A stretch of DNA of 52,318 nt from IMG/VR virus record IMGVR_UViG_3300020042_002456, positions 1 through 52,318 of that record. The stretch is one strand, 5' to 3'. The DNA comes from a virus. Lineage: Duplodnaviria; Caudoviricetes. Positions 36,802-43,960 of this stretch are shown one piece after another. Below the pieces are notes generated by a model. That model saw only the letters and a program-made list of their open reading frames with translations, had not been told where the DNA came from and did no database searches. Every line of letters starts with the position of its first letter. Positions within the stretch are counted from its first letter, which is position 1. The translations under genes and the position numbers were made by a program.

Positions 36802-37293
36802 TTAGGTTGTTGCCAAACGCAACAAAGCAGTCGTAGTGGTACTGGAAGGCATGGTTAACGTCAGCGTACCAGAAGTGATGGTCTGCGCGGTAAAGGTGTA
36901 AACACTGATAGCCTTATCACTCTGCGTTGAGTTGTAGAGCAACACACAGTCAAACGAGGTAGTTAGTGTTACGCTTGTGTACACAATGCTTGCCGAAGGA
37001 GTCCAATATCCTACGCCCGCCGTTGCAGATGCATTGGTAAAGGTTGGGGCTGTGGCATTAGTTACTGTTACCCCACCTGCGCTATAGTTTGCACCAGACA
37101 CTTCACCAGTAGCTGAATAAATGGTTGTAGAAGCATTGATCGTAGCGGAGGCCAAGTACAAAGCAGCCTTTAGAGTATCCGTAGTAGGAGCGGTCAAGCT
37201 ACCGCGAGAAACGATAGTAGAAACGCCAAGTTGGTGTTGGCCCAGCATCAGTTCGCTGAGGAACGATGTAGCCATTGATTGCGTGTTTGCCAT
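36802..37293 (-). CDS. Structural protein, paralogue of 37491..37913
   Basis: TSF..EL…H, TDT.K.ALY, EVSG..Y.AGG, DK.I.V motifs shared. Confidence 0.75.
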   Translation of the reverse strand: MANTQSMATSFLSELMLGQHQLGVSTIVSRGSLTAPTTDTLKAALYLASATINASTTIYSATGEVSGANYSAGGVTVTNATAPTFTNASATAGVGYWTPSASIVYTSVTLTTSFDCVLLYNSTQSDKAISVYTFTAQTITSGTLTLTMPSSTTTTALLRLATT

Positions 37294-37302
37294 TTTAGTT
37301 CC

Positions 37303-37494
37303 TTAAAAAGAAGCAGTAACGCCAACAGCAAAATTAGGTATTTTCTTCAACGTCACATGTGCCGAGCGGTGAACCAACTCACCATCCAACCAGTACTCTA
37401 CCCATGTTGTTAGCTCATTGTCATTCTCAATTTCCCCGGCGCGGTGTTCCAGCAAGGAATCATCCATGTCGCCTTTGGTAGTAGTAACGATCAA
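37303..37494 (-). CDS. Hypothetical structural-region protein
   Basis: TTG start with SD AGGAG; coupled to upstream stop. Confidence 0.65.
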   Translation of the reverse strand: MIVTTTKGDMDDSLLEHRAGEIENDNELTTWVEYWLDGELVHRSAHVTLKKIPNFAVGVTASF

Positions 37495-37913
37495 TTTGAA
37501 CTCCTGATAAGTGCCGTAGTTGAGGTGTTAGCGGGCATGGTAATTGTAAACGTGGTGGTCGATGTTTTGTCAGACCCAAAGTCCAGTACCGCAATTGACT
37601 TATCACCCTGCGTGACGTTGTAAATCAAAGCACACCGGGCAGTCAAAGCCGCTGTCCAAGACACGTTATCCCAGTTTACATAAGCTACATAGCCAGATGA
37701 ACTAATCTGAACCCCAGTCATAGTCTCCCCGCCAGCCGTGTAGCCTGTACCTGAGACTTCATAAGGATTGGTATTGCTGTAAACGGTAGTATCTGCGTTT
37801 AAATCCGCATTGGCGGTGTACAGAGCAATCTTGATTGTGTCTGTAGCCAAGTTGTGGACAGCCGTGTACAGCTCCTTCTTGAAGCTGGTAGTCTGGGTCT
37901 GAACAATGCTCAT
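37491..37913 (-). CDS. Structural protein, paralogue of 36802..37293
   Basis: Shared motifs as above; ATGA coupling. Confidence 0.75.
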   Translation of the reverse strand: MSIVQTQTTSFKKELYTAVHNLATDTIKIALYTANADLNADTTVYSNTNPYEVSGTGYTAGGETMTGVQISSSGYVAYVNWDNVSWTAALTARCALIYNVTQGDKSIAVLDFGSDKTSTTTFTITMPANTSTTALIRSSN

Positions 37914-38611
37914 GTAACCGCCTGCCTATATTGACCACTACGATAGGCATCCTGACGCTCCATCCCATCACCCAGACGTTTAGCCAGCATAAGTGCTTCC
38001 TTGTACTTGCCGTCATACAGGGCTATCAAATCTGCCTCACCCTTCATAAAGGTGTAGGCTTCTACCAACGAACCGTAAAGTAAAACCGTGTCAAAGTTAT
38101 CCCCTAACCACGTTTGACCGCTAGAAGCCACAGTGATTGACTCAGGATAGTAGTAGTAATGAAGTTCTGCGGAATAAGTGGCATCCGGGGTTGGGCCAAG
38201 GATAAAACTTAGCTCATTAGTGACTACGGAACTAGCAATCGTAGGCCCAAACAAAGCGTAGTACTTTGGTGTTCCCGTATCCGTTGGTGTGGGATATGCC
38301 TCACGCATGAAGTTCACATCTTTGTTAAGCAGAAATGTGTACGGGCCAGAGCCGGAGAAAACAGCCAACGAGTAAGGGGCTAAGAAGTCATCTGGGCAGG
38401 ACAGGTATTTGTTGCTGGCAGTAATGGTTCCCGTCACGTTCTTACGCAACGAGGGGAACTGCACCGTGTTATAGATGCGCTGCTCCGCCTGCTGGATGAA
38501 GCGGTTGATCTGAGTCGTAGACGATACAGTAGACGAGTTCGCAAGGGTAATCGTCGGAAAGGTATTTTCCGTATAAGTCTGTATCGCCGCCGAAAGCTCA
38601 GTGTATGTCAT
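37910..38611 (-). CDS. Head-tail adaptor / tail tubular protein A-like
   Basis: 'TYTEL..AI…FI.QAE.RI…G.PKYY…GPTPD…LLYG.L.EA' pattern. Confidence 0.75.
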   Translation of the reverse strand: MTYTELSAAIQTYTENTFPTITLANSSTVSSTTQINRFIQQAEQRIYNTVQFPSLRKNVTGTITASNKYLSCPDDFLAPYSLAVFSGSGPYTFLLNKDVNFMREAYPTPTDTGTPKYYALFGPTIASSVVTNELSFILGPTPDATYSAELHYYYYPESITVASSGQTWLGDNFDTVLLYGSLVEAYTFMKGEADLIALYDGKYKEALMLAKRLGDGMERQDAYRSGQYRQAVT

Positions 38612-38868
38612 GCCATCGGGCCTCTTGCCATCACGCCCTTGGTAGCTGCACCAGTTCCTCGGACTTTAATTCCGTCGGTCTTGGTAGTCTTGTCGGGGCC
38701 GTTGTTATACATGCCAACACTCATGCGCATGTCGCTGGTGCTAGATAGTTCAGAATCCTTGCCGGGGTTTGAAGAAATCTTCAAAGCCTTGCCGTTCATC
38801 TTATGCGGCGGTGCATAAACAGCAGCAGAGCCAATTTCTTTGCCGCCTTTTTTCATACTGTAAGCCAT
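38608..38868 (-). CDS. Small basic protein (MKKGG; RGTGAATKG)
   Basis: ATGA coupling; motif cluster member. Confidence 0.75.
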   Translation of the reverse strand: MAYSMKKGGKEIGSAAVYAPPHKMNGKALKISSNPGKDSELSSTSDMRMSVGMYNNGPDKTTKTDGIKVRGTGAATKGVMARGPMA

Positions 38869-38871
38869 GAT

Positions 38872-39042
38872 TTACCCCGTTTTTTGGTTAGCTGCACGAG
38901 ACAGGTTACGCCCTACGCGCATGCGGTCTTCACTGGTAGGGCCACCCTTTTTCATGCCTTTGGCATGCATGCGGCTTTCGTGACCCTTGACCATTTTCTT
39001 GGCCTCGGTATCCGCAATTTGCTTTACTTTTTTCGTGTCCAT
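38872..39042 (-). CDS. 56-aa basic protein with MKKGG (absent from ORF track)
   Basis: MDTKKVKQIADTEAKKMVKGHESRMHAKGMKKGGPTSEDRMRVGRNLSRAANQKTG*; SD GGAG 6 nt upstream. Confidence 0.75.
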   Translation of the reverse strand: MDTKKVKQIADTEAKKMVKGHESRMHAKGMKKGGPTSEDRMRVGRNLSRAANQKTG

Positions 39043-39051
39043 CATTGACTC

Positions 39052-39441
39052 CTATGAAACCGTTACCGTTACTGTACCAACACTTGTAACTCCAACCAAA
39101 TAATTGGGAGTTAACGCTACATCAAACTGACTTGCTCCACCAACCGGATACCAGCCCCACTGGATGTCCCTTGAGCCTCCCGTGAGGTTACCCGAACTGT
39201 TAACCCCTGCCGTTATATATGTGCTGTCGTGACGAGGATTACGCACCGCTTGCGGATCATCCACTGGGTACATACCAAGCTGCAACTGCGGTTGATCTGG
39301 ATCCCAGCAAGACCGGCATACAAGCAAATTGTACGTCTTTGTCTTAATAATTTCTTTACGTAATTCGGTTAATTTAAAACTAGCGCCACACCTATCGCAC
39401 ATGGCAATACTGTTCTTGCCTGATGCAAACCTATTACCCAT
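39052..39441 (-). CDS. Zn-ribbon protein (CDRC…CRSC)
   Basis: Two CxxC motifs. Confidence 0.75.
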   Translation of the reverse strand: MGNRFASGKNSIAMCDRCGASFKLTELRKEIIKTKTYNLLVCRSCWDPDQPQLQLGMYPVDDPQAVRNPRHDSTYITAGVNSSGNLTGGSRDIQWGWYPVGGASQFDVALTPNYLVGVTSVGTVTVTVS

Positions 39442-39442
39442 T

Positions 39443-40372
39443 TCAAGCTCCGCCCCCTATATAGGCCTGACGCGGCACAAACCGCACGGATGCCTTCTCG
39501 CGGTCTTCGTCTGACGCTAACTGCCAAGCCTCATCATATTGAGCTTTTAATATATCTAACCGTTGCGCACCATTGGGGACTTTAAGCGCCAAGTAGTAGG
39601 CCAGCCCCGCCACCATGCACGGCAAGAACCGAAACGGTACGTCCATAGTGTTCACGCCACCACCAGCATCATTAACACGGCGCAACCGCCAATAAATAAA
39701 CTGGTACGTCTGGGAGTTATCGGGGGTAGGCCACACCGTGATAGCGGGCAGGCTTTGTACGTACGCACCGTCTCCCGCAGTGTGTGCCGCAGCAGTCGTG
39801 TTGTTCTGGCCCCGGACGCAGTTACTTAGGGTATTCCCTGATATGTAGCCATACCCAATGGTTTCCGAACCAATCAAGATAAAACCGGTAGAGGGTAAGC
39901 TTGCGGCAGAAGTCACCGCAATTGTCGTAGCGGTGGATGTAATTGTTGCACTAATTGTGGTTCCCACCGCCGAAGTCTGCCCGTCTAAACGTTGAATCCA
40001 AACCTGAATAGGGCGTGCTTGTTGCAGCTTGTTGGGGATGGTGGCGTAGGTAGAAACACTAATGCGCGTTATGGTCAGGTCAGCTTGGGTGGACGCACTG
40101 CCTGCGCCTGTACGTATTACGTGTTCAAGCAAGTCCACTGTGTCAGTTGGTAGTGGGTAGGTGTTCTGACCCGGAACTAAATTAATAGTCCCTTGATCGA
40201 ACGTCCACATGTTGACGCCACGGTTGGCCCAGTCTGCAAAGAGTAGGTTCAATGACCGGCGGGCGGTGCGCAAATCATAACCCGTACGCATTTCGGAACC
40301 AGCACGTTCAAACGCTTCCTCCACGATCTCCGTGAGGTCAAGGTTGAAAGTAGCAATTCCCGAAGTAGACAT
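39443..40372 (-). CDS. Head-tail adaptor-like protein with Thr/Ala-rich insertion
   Basis: 'EEAFER.G…ARRSLNL…W.NRG…WPTPD…P.RF.P…GLAYY' pattern. Confidence 0.7.
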   Translation of the reverse strand: MSTSGIATFNLDLTEIVEEAFERAGSEMRTGYDLRTARRSLNLLFADWANRGVNMWTFDQGTINLVPGQNTYPLPTDTVDLLEHVIRTGAGSASTQADLTITRISVSTYATIPNKLQQARPIQVWIQRLDGQTSAVGTTISATITSTATTIAVTSAASLPSTGFILIGSETIGYGYISGNTLSNCVRGQNNTTAAAHTAGDGAYVQSLPAITVWPTPDNSQTYQFIYWRLRRVNDAGGGVNTMDVPFRFLPCMVAGLAYYLALKVPNGAQRLDILKAQYDEAWQLASDEDREKASVRFVPRQAYIGGGA

Positions 40373-40605
40373 TATCTAAAACCTGCTGTTTTCTTTGCTA
40401 TGGTTTTGGGTTGCGCCACAAACTGTTTGCCCGCTGCCTTACCTGCACGTTTTGCTCTAGTGGTAGCTGCGTACTCAGTTGATGACAAAGATTTTATAGC
40501 AGCTTCAGGTAAGTACCGCTCACCTGTTTTTGACGACGGCTTTCCCGATTTGGTGCGCCATTTCTGGTCACCCCAAGCTTTAAGGGATTGCTGCGGTGCT
40601 TTCAA
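40372..40605 (-). CDS. Small basic protein (DUF5872-like C-terminal half)
   Basis: 'Q.SL..W..QKW.TK.G…ERYLP'. Confidence 0.65.
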   Translation of the reverse strand: MKAPQQSLKAWGDQKWRTKSGKPSSKTGERYLPEAAIKSLSSTEYAATTRAKRAGKAAGKQFVAQPKTIAKKTAGFR

Positions 40606-40889
40606 TCTCTGTACCCTCCGCCTGCGGCCTTATAGCGTTTAGCCATAACTTGTGCTTTTCTGGCTGACCACTGACCAGCGCCCGTACCTACGATTGCCGC
40701 AGCTTTAACGCTGTTGAAAATACGCTTGCGTAGCTCAGGCTTGGTGTAGTTGCCAGCTTCATTTACCTTGGACTTTACTTTACCGCCTTCAGCGTATTGC
40801 GTGAAGTCAGTGTCATCCCTACGGGCTTTTTTCTTGCCCTTTGGCATTTTGGACGGGTCAATATTGCCCATACCGCGTGAAGCTCTCAT
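40602..40889 (-). CDS. Small basic protein (DUF5872-like N-terminal half, preceded by YAEGG)
   Basis: 'NYTKPELRKRI…GQWSARKAQ..AKRYK..GGGY'. Confidence 0.7.
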   Translation of the reverse strand: MRASRGMGNIDPSKMPKGKKKARRDDTDFTQYAEGGKVKSKVNEAGNYTKPELRKRIFNSVKAAAIVGTGAGQWSARKAQVMAKRYKAAGGGYRD

Positions 40890-40892
40890 GGT

Positions 40893-41279
40893 TCAGCACA
40901 TCTTTCCACGGGTCTTACCCCGCTGGGCGATACCATCTGCGCGAGAAGAAGCTGAACCACCCGAAGCCATTTTTTTAACTGCGCCGCCATGTTTCATATC
41001 ATTGCCCGCTTCGTCTTTCATGTACGGCCTTGTGCGTTTTGCCATGCGGTCAATAGTTGCCTGATCCGCAGCCGTATTAGCGGCTACTTTAGCCTCTGCA
41101 TCTTGTCTATCTACAGTAGCTTTACCACTACTGGTGTATAAATCTCGCGGTTTATTTACACCAAACTTAGTATCCGCATCTGGCTTACGCGTCAATCCCC
41201 GCTCTTTATTTAAAAAATCACGCAAACTTAAACCGGAATCTTCCAGTTCTTTTTTGGAAACAATGCGTTTTGTAGTCAT
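40893..41279 (-). CDS. Small basic protein with C-terminal RADGIAQRGKTRG tag
   Basis: SD AGGAG; MKHGG and MASGG motifs. Confidence 0.75.
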   Translation of the reverse strand: MTTKRIVSKKELEDSGLSLRDFLNKERGLTRKPDADTKFGVNKPRDLYTSSGKATVDRQDAEAKVAANTAADQATIDRMAKRTRPYMKDEAGNDMKHGGAVKKMASGGSASSRADGIAQRGKTRGKMC

Positions 41280-41289
41280 AACTTACTCC

Positions 41290-41868
41290 TTAGCAGGCTT
41301 TGCCGCCATTTTTCATACTAACCATCGTACCTTTGGTCTTGCCTTTGGTGGCAATACCGTCTGCACGTTTGGAAGCTGAACCCACAGCGCCGCCAGACTT
41401 CATGCCAAAACTTTTGCCAAGTGCCGCACCCGCACCAGCCATTTTGTTCATGCCCATTGCTGTGCCAATACCCGTTTTTGGTCCAGACATTGCTGCGCCA
41501 AGACCTTGCAATGGCCCGCCTCCGGGCATTGGCTTTGCGTTTGTGCCTGATTTGGGCGTTCCAGAATTTGTTGAATTCATAGCAGATTTAGCGGCTGCGG
41601 CGTATGTTTTTGCAGCATCAGACATGCCGCCTGCTGGCCTTGGGCCAACACTACCCATCATCGCGGTGCCAAGCCCTGTTTTAGGTCCAGACATTGCTGC
41701 GCCAAGACCCATTGGTGACCCAGATGCCCCACCGCGCAACTGGTCGGACATAAATTGCAACTGCTTTTGGATACCGCCTTGCCTTGGGCCGCCACTCATT
41801 GGCTTAGGACCACCCGGACGCGGTTTATTATCAATAGCAGGGGGGGCCCCGCGTACAAAACTAGTCAT
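41290..41868 (-). CDS. Low-complexity G/M/P/K protein with C-terminal RADGIATKGKTKG tag
   Basis: SD AGGAG; MKSGG and MKNGG motifs; internal duplication. Confidence 0.75.
   Translation of the reverse strand: MTSFVRGAPPAIDNKPRPGGPKPMSGGPRQGGIQKQLQFMSDQLRGGASGSPMGLGAAMSGPKTGLGTAMMGSVGPRPAGGMSDAAKTYAAAAKSAMNSTNSGTPKSGTNAKPMPGGGPLQGLGAAMSGPKTGIGTAMGMNKMAGAGAALGKSFGMKSGGAVGSASKRADGIATKGKTKGTMVSMKNGGKAC
41480..41709. repeat. 26-bp perfect direct repeat (41480-41505 and 41684-41709), encoding GLGAAMSGP
   Basis: GGTCCAGACATTGCTGCGCCAAGACC occurs twice. Confidence 0.9.
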
Positions 41869-41879
41869 AACTATCTCCT

Positions 41880-42164
41880 TTAGACGAAACGGCCTTTTGT
41901 GCGGCCACGTTGAGCGATACCGTCGCCCCGGCTTGCTTTGACAGCCCCACCCTTTTTCATCTGGACGGGGGTTGCTGTTGCGGGATTCATCTGTGCGGCG
42001 TCTGCTTCGCCTGTGTTGACTTGAACCAAAGGCGAAGTGTTTCCTAAACCACCAGCATCCTGTGCGGGGGCTTGCATTTGACTTTGGCCTTGACCAAACG
42101 GGTAGTTGGAATTTCCAACCATGCCGCCATCGTCAAAGCGTTTCATGCGTTTTTTAGTTGCCAT
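41880..42164 (-). CDS. Small protein with C-terminal RGDGIAQRGRTKG tag (start moved to MATKK)
   Basis: TAATG coupling; FDDGG and MKKGG motifs. Confidence 0.75.
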   Translation of the reverse strand: MATKKRMKRFDDGGMVGNSNYPFGQGQSQMQAPAQDAGGLGNTSPLVQVNTGEADAAQMNPATATPVQMKKGGAVKASRGDGIAQRGRTKGRFV

Positions 42165-42553
42165 TAGCACTGCCCACCTTTCTTCATTACAACTTGTTTA
42201 GCCTTGGTCAAGCCTTTTTTGGCTACACCATCAGGCTTGGAGTTGGTTTTAACAGAGCCCATCTTGGTCATACCACCGGCTTTGAGGCCAGCGTGAGCTT
42301 TGGAAGCAGGTTTAGCTGCGTGTTTTGCTAGTGCGCTGCCTTTGTCGCCGTCTTTTTTCTTAGCAATCATTGCCATAAAGCCGGGGTTCATTTTAGAAGC
42401 CATAGTATCACCACCTTTAGAGAATTTACGGCCCTTGTCCGCAGTTGAAAAATCTTGCCCCACGGACTGTGGAACGCCTGCCTTCTTGGCAAACGATGGA
42501 TTATGAGCCACCGCTTCCATGAACTTGTGTTGCTTTTTACTTGTCGTCGGCAT
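42164..42553 (-). CDS. Lys-rich protein with KPDGVAKKGLTK tag
   Basis: FSKGG, LKAGG and MKKGG motifs. Confidence 0.75.
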   Translation of the reverse strand: MPTTSKKQHKFMEAVAHNPSFAKKAGVPQSVGQDFSTADKGRKFSKGGDTMASKMNPGFMAMIAKKKDGDKGSALAKHAAKPASKAHAGLKAGGMTKMGSVKTNSKPDGVAKKGLTKAKQVVMKKGGQC

Positions 42554-42731
42554 CGTCTTTAAACCACCGCTGCACGGTATCAGTTTCCCAGATGCGAATA
42601 ACCATCCACACGATGGTCAACACGCCGCCAATGAGCGCTACGACGGGAGTCATCCATCCTAAGAAACCGCCAAGGCCCATTACTACGGCAGCGCCATCAG
42701 TCATTGCTTTTACATTGCTTGTATCGGTCAT
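42537..42731 (-). CDS. Small membrane protein (holin-like hydrophobicity)
   Basis: Long hydrophobic stretch, charged C-terminus. Confidence 0.65.
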   Translation of the reverse strand: MTDTSNVKAMTDGAAVVMGLGGFLGWMTPVVALIGGVLTIVWMVIRIWETDTVQRWFKDDADDK

Positions 42732-42732
42732 A

Positions 42733-42990
42733 TCAGCACTTCCATCTGGCTAAGGAAGCCGCCTTGCGGGTAGGCTTACCTTTTTCATCTTTCATCGGCC
42801 CCGGCATACCCGACATCCGCGCACAGAATGAATTCTTGCGTGCGCCACCTTGAGGCTGGGGAGCTTTCAGATTACTGCCGGTTGCTGCGTTGTACTTGGC
42901 TCTACCTTTGGCAGTCAGTCCAGCCCCTTTAGAGACGGGTAGCTTCTCGCCCCGGCCTACAGAGAGAACCGGGCCTTTTTTCTTAGCCAT
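42733..42990 (-). CDS. Small basic phage protein (DUF6321-like)
   Basis: 'GL.AKGRA.YN…G.NLK.P…SFCARM…SL.RW.C'. Confidence 0.7.
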   Translation of the reverse strand: MAKKKGPVLSVGRGEKLPVSKGAGLTAKGRAKYNAATGSNLKAPQPQGGARKNSFCARMSGMPGPMKDEKGKPTRKAASLARWKC

Positions 42991-43288
42991 AGAAAATTGT
43001 GACTGAACCTATGCTCGTCACATCCGCATAAATATTGGTGCTAAACAACACACCTTCACCCGGAAATAGCAAGTATGTAGGCTGCGTAACAGAGCCTACC
43101 GTATTCAAGGTCATGATAGTTGTGCCGGACGTACCGCCATCTTTAAACACAACACTACCTGCCGTTGCCGCCGGAACAATGTAGACAGATTTAATCCTTG
43201 CGCGGCCTATGGTAGCGCTTGCTTGGTTTGTAAATTGTCCGTCAGCAGTAAGTACCTGACTTGCTAGTACATCAGTTTGCATACCCAT
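42983..43288 (-). CDS. Small beta-rich structural protein
   Basis: SD AGGAG 7 nt before ATG 43288. Confidence 0.7.
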   Translation of the reverse strand: MGMQTDVLASQVLTADGQFTNQASATIGRARIKSVYIVPAATAGSVVFKDGGTSGTTIMTLNTVGSVTQPTYLLFPGEGVLFSTNIYADVTSIGSVTIFYG

Positions 43289-43307
43289 AATCAATCTCCT
43301 GTTATGA

Positions 43308-43323
43308 GGGGGCCGAAGCCCCC
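43308..43323 (-). other. Extra-stable C(UUCG)G tetraloop hairpin, no U-tract
   Basis: GGGGGC-TTCG-GCCCCC on the minus strand, intergenic. Confidence 0.75.
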
Positions 43324-43331
43324 AAGATTAA

Positions 43332-43823
43332 TTACTGCTCAGTAGCTGTTGGGTTAGCAACGCCATCGCTACCTTTTACAACATACGTCAGAGTCAATGT
43401 GCCAGCACCAGAGGTGGCAGTGACGTTAGCCTGTGTAAACGTAATGATTGCGTCTGTCGTGCCTACGTTATTACACAACACAGCGGCGGCGGCGCTGTTA
43501 TTGCCAAGCAGAATATTTACGATGCCAGTGTTTGCAAACACGCTTCCGTTTGCTGCTGTATTGATTGCAACAGCATTAGAGAAAAGTGCGTATGTAGGAG
43601 TCGTCGTTGCATAGGCGACGGTAGTATTAAACTGAGCGGTCAGAATCTGTGAGCCTGCCGGAATTGTAAAAGCAACCGTAGCTGCCGTAATATCCGTGTA
43701 CAAAATGGCTTTGGACTGCGACACAACAGTAGCGCCCAAATTGCGGAGGGTTCCAGAAGTTGTGCCGGTAGTGTTTTTGACCGTGCCAAGCAGCCAAGGG
43801 CCGAGATGAGTTGCGAATCCCAT
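43332..43823 (-). CDS. Structural protein following the major capsid gene (possible head decoration/fibre)
   Basis: SD AAGGA; T/A-rich beta protein. Confidence 0.7.
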   Translation of the reverse strand: MGFATHLGPWLLGTVKNTTGTTSGTLRNLGATVVSQSKAILYTDITAATVAFTIPAGSQILTAQFNTTVAYATTTPTYALFSNAVAINTAANGSVFANTGIVNILLGNNSAAAAVLCNNVGTTDAIITFTQANVTATSGAGTLTLTYVVKGSDGVANPTATEQ

Positions 43824-43834
43824 GATAATTCCTT

Positions 43835-43905
43835 ACATACAAGTGAAGTGCATCAATCGGTATGTCGTCTGCCGGGACAGTTTGATGCACCGGAAAGCCC
43901 GGAAT
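43835..43905 (-). ncRNA. Putative doubly pseudoknotted 5' leader RNA
   Basis: Three perfect interleaved helices: P1 43898-43902/43872-43876, P2 43882-43890/43848-43856, P3 43860-43865/43835-43840. Confidence 0.6.
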
Positions 43906-43911
43906 GGCTGC

Positions 43912-43940
43912 AATATACACTAAAAAGAAAAGGGGCACAA
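43912..43940 (-). promoter_or_regulatory. Sigma70-like promoter TTGTGC-N17-TATATT
   Basis: -35 at 43935-43940 (within the terminator hairpin), -10 at 43912-43917, 17-nt spacer. Confidence 0.55.
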
Positions 43941-43953
43941 GGCCCCTTTTCTT
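43921..43953 (-). terminator. Rho-independent terminator after the major capsid gene (potentially bidirectional)
   Basis: AAGAAAAGGGGC-CTTGT-GCCCCTTTTCTT followed by TTTA. Confidence 0.85.
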
Positions 43954-43960
43954 AGTCTTT

